DNA of 64,000 nt from the NCBI RefSeq assembly GCF_006345805.1, contig NC_043001.1, positions 62,434,001 through 62,498,000 on the forward strand, read 5' to 3'. The position numbers and the translations under genes were made by a program. A model generated the notes under the pieces. It did not search any database. It was not told where the DNA came from and saw only the letters and a program-made list of their open reading frames with translations. The stretch's first letter is position 1. Every line of letters starts with the position of its first letter. Of this stretch, positions 60,252 through 64,000 are shown one piece after another. The DNA is from Octopus sinensis (taxonomy: Eukaryota).

Positions 60252-61470
60252 AAGTCGACCACGGAGTGATATGTCACAAATTACTCAGACTCGGCATAAC
60301 AGGAAAAGTAGGTGAGTGGATACATGACTTCCTGAAGGACAGAAGCCAGATGGTTGCAGCCAATGGAGCCCTCTCGGAAAGACACCAATAGCAAGCGGGT
60401 GCCACAGGGCACAGTCTTGGGACCCTTGCTGTTTTTTTGGGCGCTCTCTGACATGCCCTTGGTAGCACAAACAACATCCCTCACTAGCTATGCTGATGAC
60501 ACAAAGGTAGCACAGGCAATCAAAAACCCAGCTGATGCTGACCTTTTACAACAAGATCTGGATGCCATATACAAATGGGCTGAAGACAACAACATGCAAT
60601 TTAATGCTGGTAAATTTCAAGCCTTACAATATCAAGCTGTAAAACATATACATTACAACACAACTATACTGGTCTAGGAGGGATCGAAATCCCAGTATCG
60701 AATCAATACGGACCTGGGGATAGACATGAGTGACGATGCATCTTTTTCTTCACACATCGCGAAGGTGGCGACAATGGTGCAGACGACTCACTGGCTGGAT
60801 CCTGAGGACATTCCGGACCAGAGACTGCGAGACCATGCTGACACTATGGAGGACATTTGTCCTAAGCGCCCTGGACTACTGCTCCCAACTGTGGTCACCG
60901 CATAGTGTCAAACTAACCACAGAGCTTGAGACAATCCAAAGACATTTCACCAAGAGGATTTCCACCATGAAAGAAAGAACTATTGGAGAGGCTTAGGGAA
61001 CTCAAGTTGTACTCCTTGGAACGAAGACGAGAGAGATATGCAGTGATATACATATGGAAAATCCTGGAGGGACTAGCACCAAATTTGGAATTGAGAGCTG
61101 TTCCAATCCCCGTACAGGACGTCACTGTGTGGTGCCAAAGGTCCCGTCTTCCACATCCAGGGTAGGAGCAGATACTGTAATAGCCTGGGGTTCAGGGGCC
61201 CTCAGCTTTTCAACAAACTGCCAAGAAAACTAAGAGATCTACATGATGCGGATGTGGACATTTTCAAAAAACATCTAGACAAGCTGCTTTCCGGGATCCC
61301 AGATGAACCCACTGCAAGGTACGAAGGTAACCTAAGGGCAGCAGCTACAAACTCTCTCTTAGATCAGTGGCCAGCCACGGCAAACTGGACTTAGAGAGGG
61401 TAGCAACAAAGGCGGTGCCCCAGCATGGCCTCAGCCGGATGGCTGAAACAAGTAAAGAGTAAAGAGTAAA
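60252..61470 (+). mobile_element. CR1/L2-group LINE 3' fragment
   Basis: [38 protein letters not shown]; tail GGCGGTGCCCCAGCATGGCC...(GTAAAGA)n. Confidence 0.92.
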
Positions 61471-61553
61471 GAATATACATATACATATATATATATAATA
61501 TATATATATATATTATATACATATATATATATATAGCATATAATATATATATA

Positions 61554-61604
<51 letters not shown>

Positions 61605-61605
61605 C

Positions 61606-61684
<79 letters not shown>

Positions 61685-61719
61685 CATATATATATATTAC
61701 ATATATATAGATAATATAC

Positions 61720-61754
<35 letters not shown>

Positions 61755-61828
61755 CCTATATTATATATATACAATATATATCAATATAATATATATATAT
61801 ATATATCTATATATATATATATATACCA

Positions 61829-61877
<49 letters not shown>

Positions 61878-62463
61878 CTCTTTTACTTGTTTCAGCCATC
61901 CAGCTGAGGCCATGCTGGGCACCGCCCTTGTTGCTACCCTCTCTAAGTCCAGTTTGCCGTGGCTGGCCACTGATCTAAGAGAGAGTTTTGTAGCTGCTGC
62001 CCTTAGGTTACCTTCGTACCTTGCAGTGGGTTCATCTGGGATCCCGGAAAGCAGCTTGTCTAGATGTTTTTTGAAAATGTCCACATCCGCATCATGTAGA
62101 TCTCTTAGTTTTCTTGGCAGTTTGTTGAAAAGCTGAGGCCCCTGAACCCCAGGCTATTACATTATCTGCTCCTTACCCTGGATGTGGAAGACGGGACCTT
62201 TGGCACCCACAGTGACGTCCTGTACCGGGGATTGGAACAGCTCTCAATTCCAAAATTTGGTGCTAGTCCCTCCAGGATTTTCCATATGTATATCACTGCA
62301 TATCTCTCTCGTCTTCGTTCCAAGGAGTACAATTGAGTTCCCTAAGCCTCTCCCAATAGTTCTTTCTTTCATGGTGGAAATCCTCTTGGTGAAATGTCTT
62401 TGGATTGTCTCAAGCTCTGTGGTTAGTTTGACACTATGCGGTGACCACAGTTGGGAGCAGTAC
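61878..62463 (-). mobile_element. Near-identical inverted copy of the 3' 0.58 kb of the preceding LINE
   Basis: Reverse complement of about 60880-61460 with few substitutions and 1-nt indels. Confidence 0.92.

Positions 62464-64000
<1,537 letters not shown>

Overview
Repeat-dense animal genomic DNA, most likely an octopus (inferred from recognisable RTE and SINE families and the (TA)n load). There is one 100-N gap at 35438-35537. The only host-gene piece I can support is a single minus-strand exon of a HAD-IIA phosphatase (PGP-like, 3202-3349). Almost everything else is transposon-derived: Tx1/L1-clade elements, a decayed Helitron plus non-autonomous relatives, a DD36E Tc1-like transposon, RTE and CR1-like LINEs, tRNA-SINEs, and Penelope-like elements (PLEs). 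Main observations: (1) An 8.2-kb Tx1 cluster (8929-17095) inside a non-autonomous Helitron. It holds an ORF2-only piece whose inversion breakpoint is exactly the ORF2 ATG, a hairpin-inverted ORF1, and an intact ORF1-only element. The ORF2 and ORF1-only units share a 3' terminus and abut the same 11-bp target motif, suggesting a site-specific and possibly bipartite system. (2) Nine type I hammerhead ribozyme motifs from five PLE-type families, including a retrozyme-like tandem pair and several with 55-85 nt stem II extensions. (3) Three inverted PLE copies that all stop about 17-25 nt past the predicted cleavage site.
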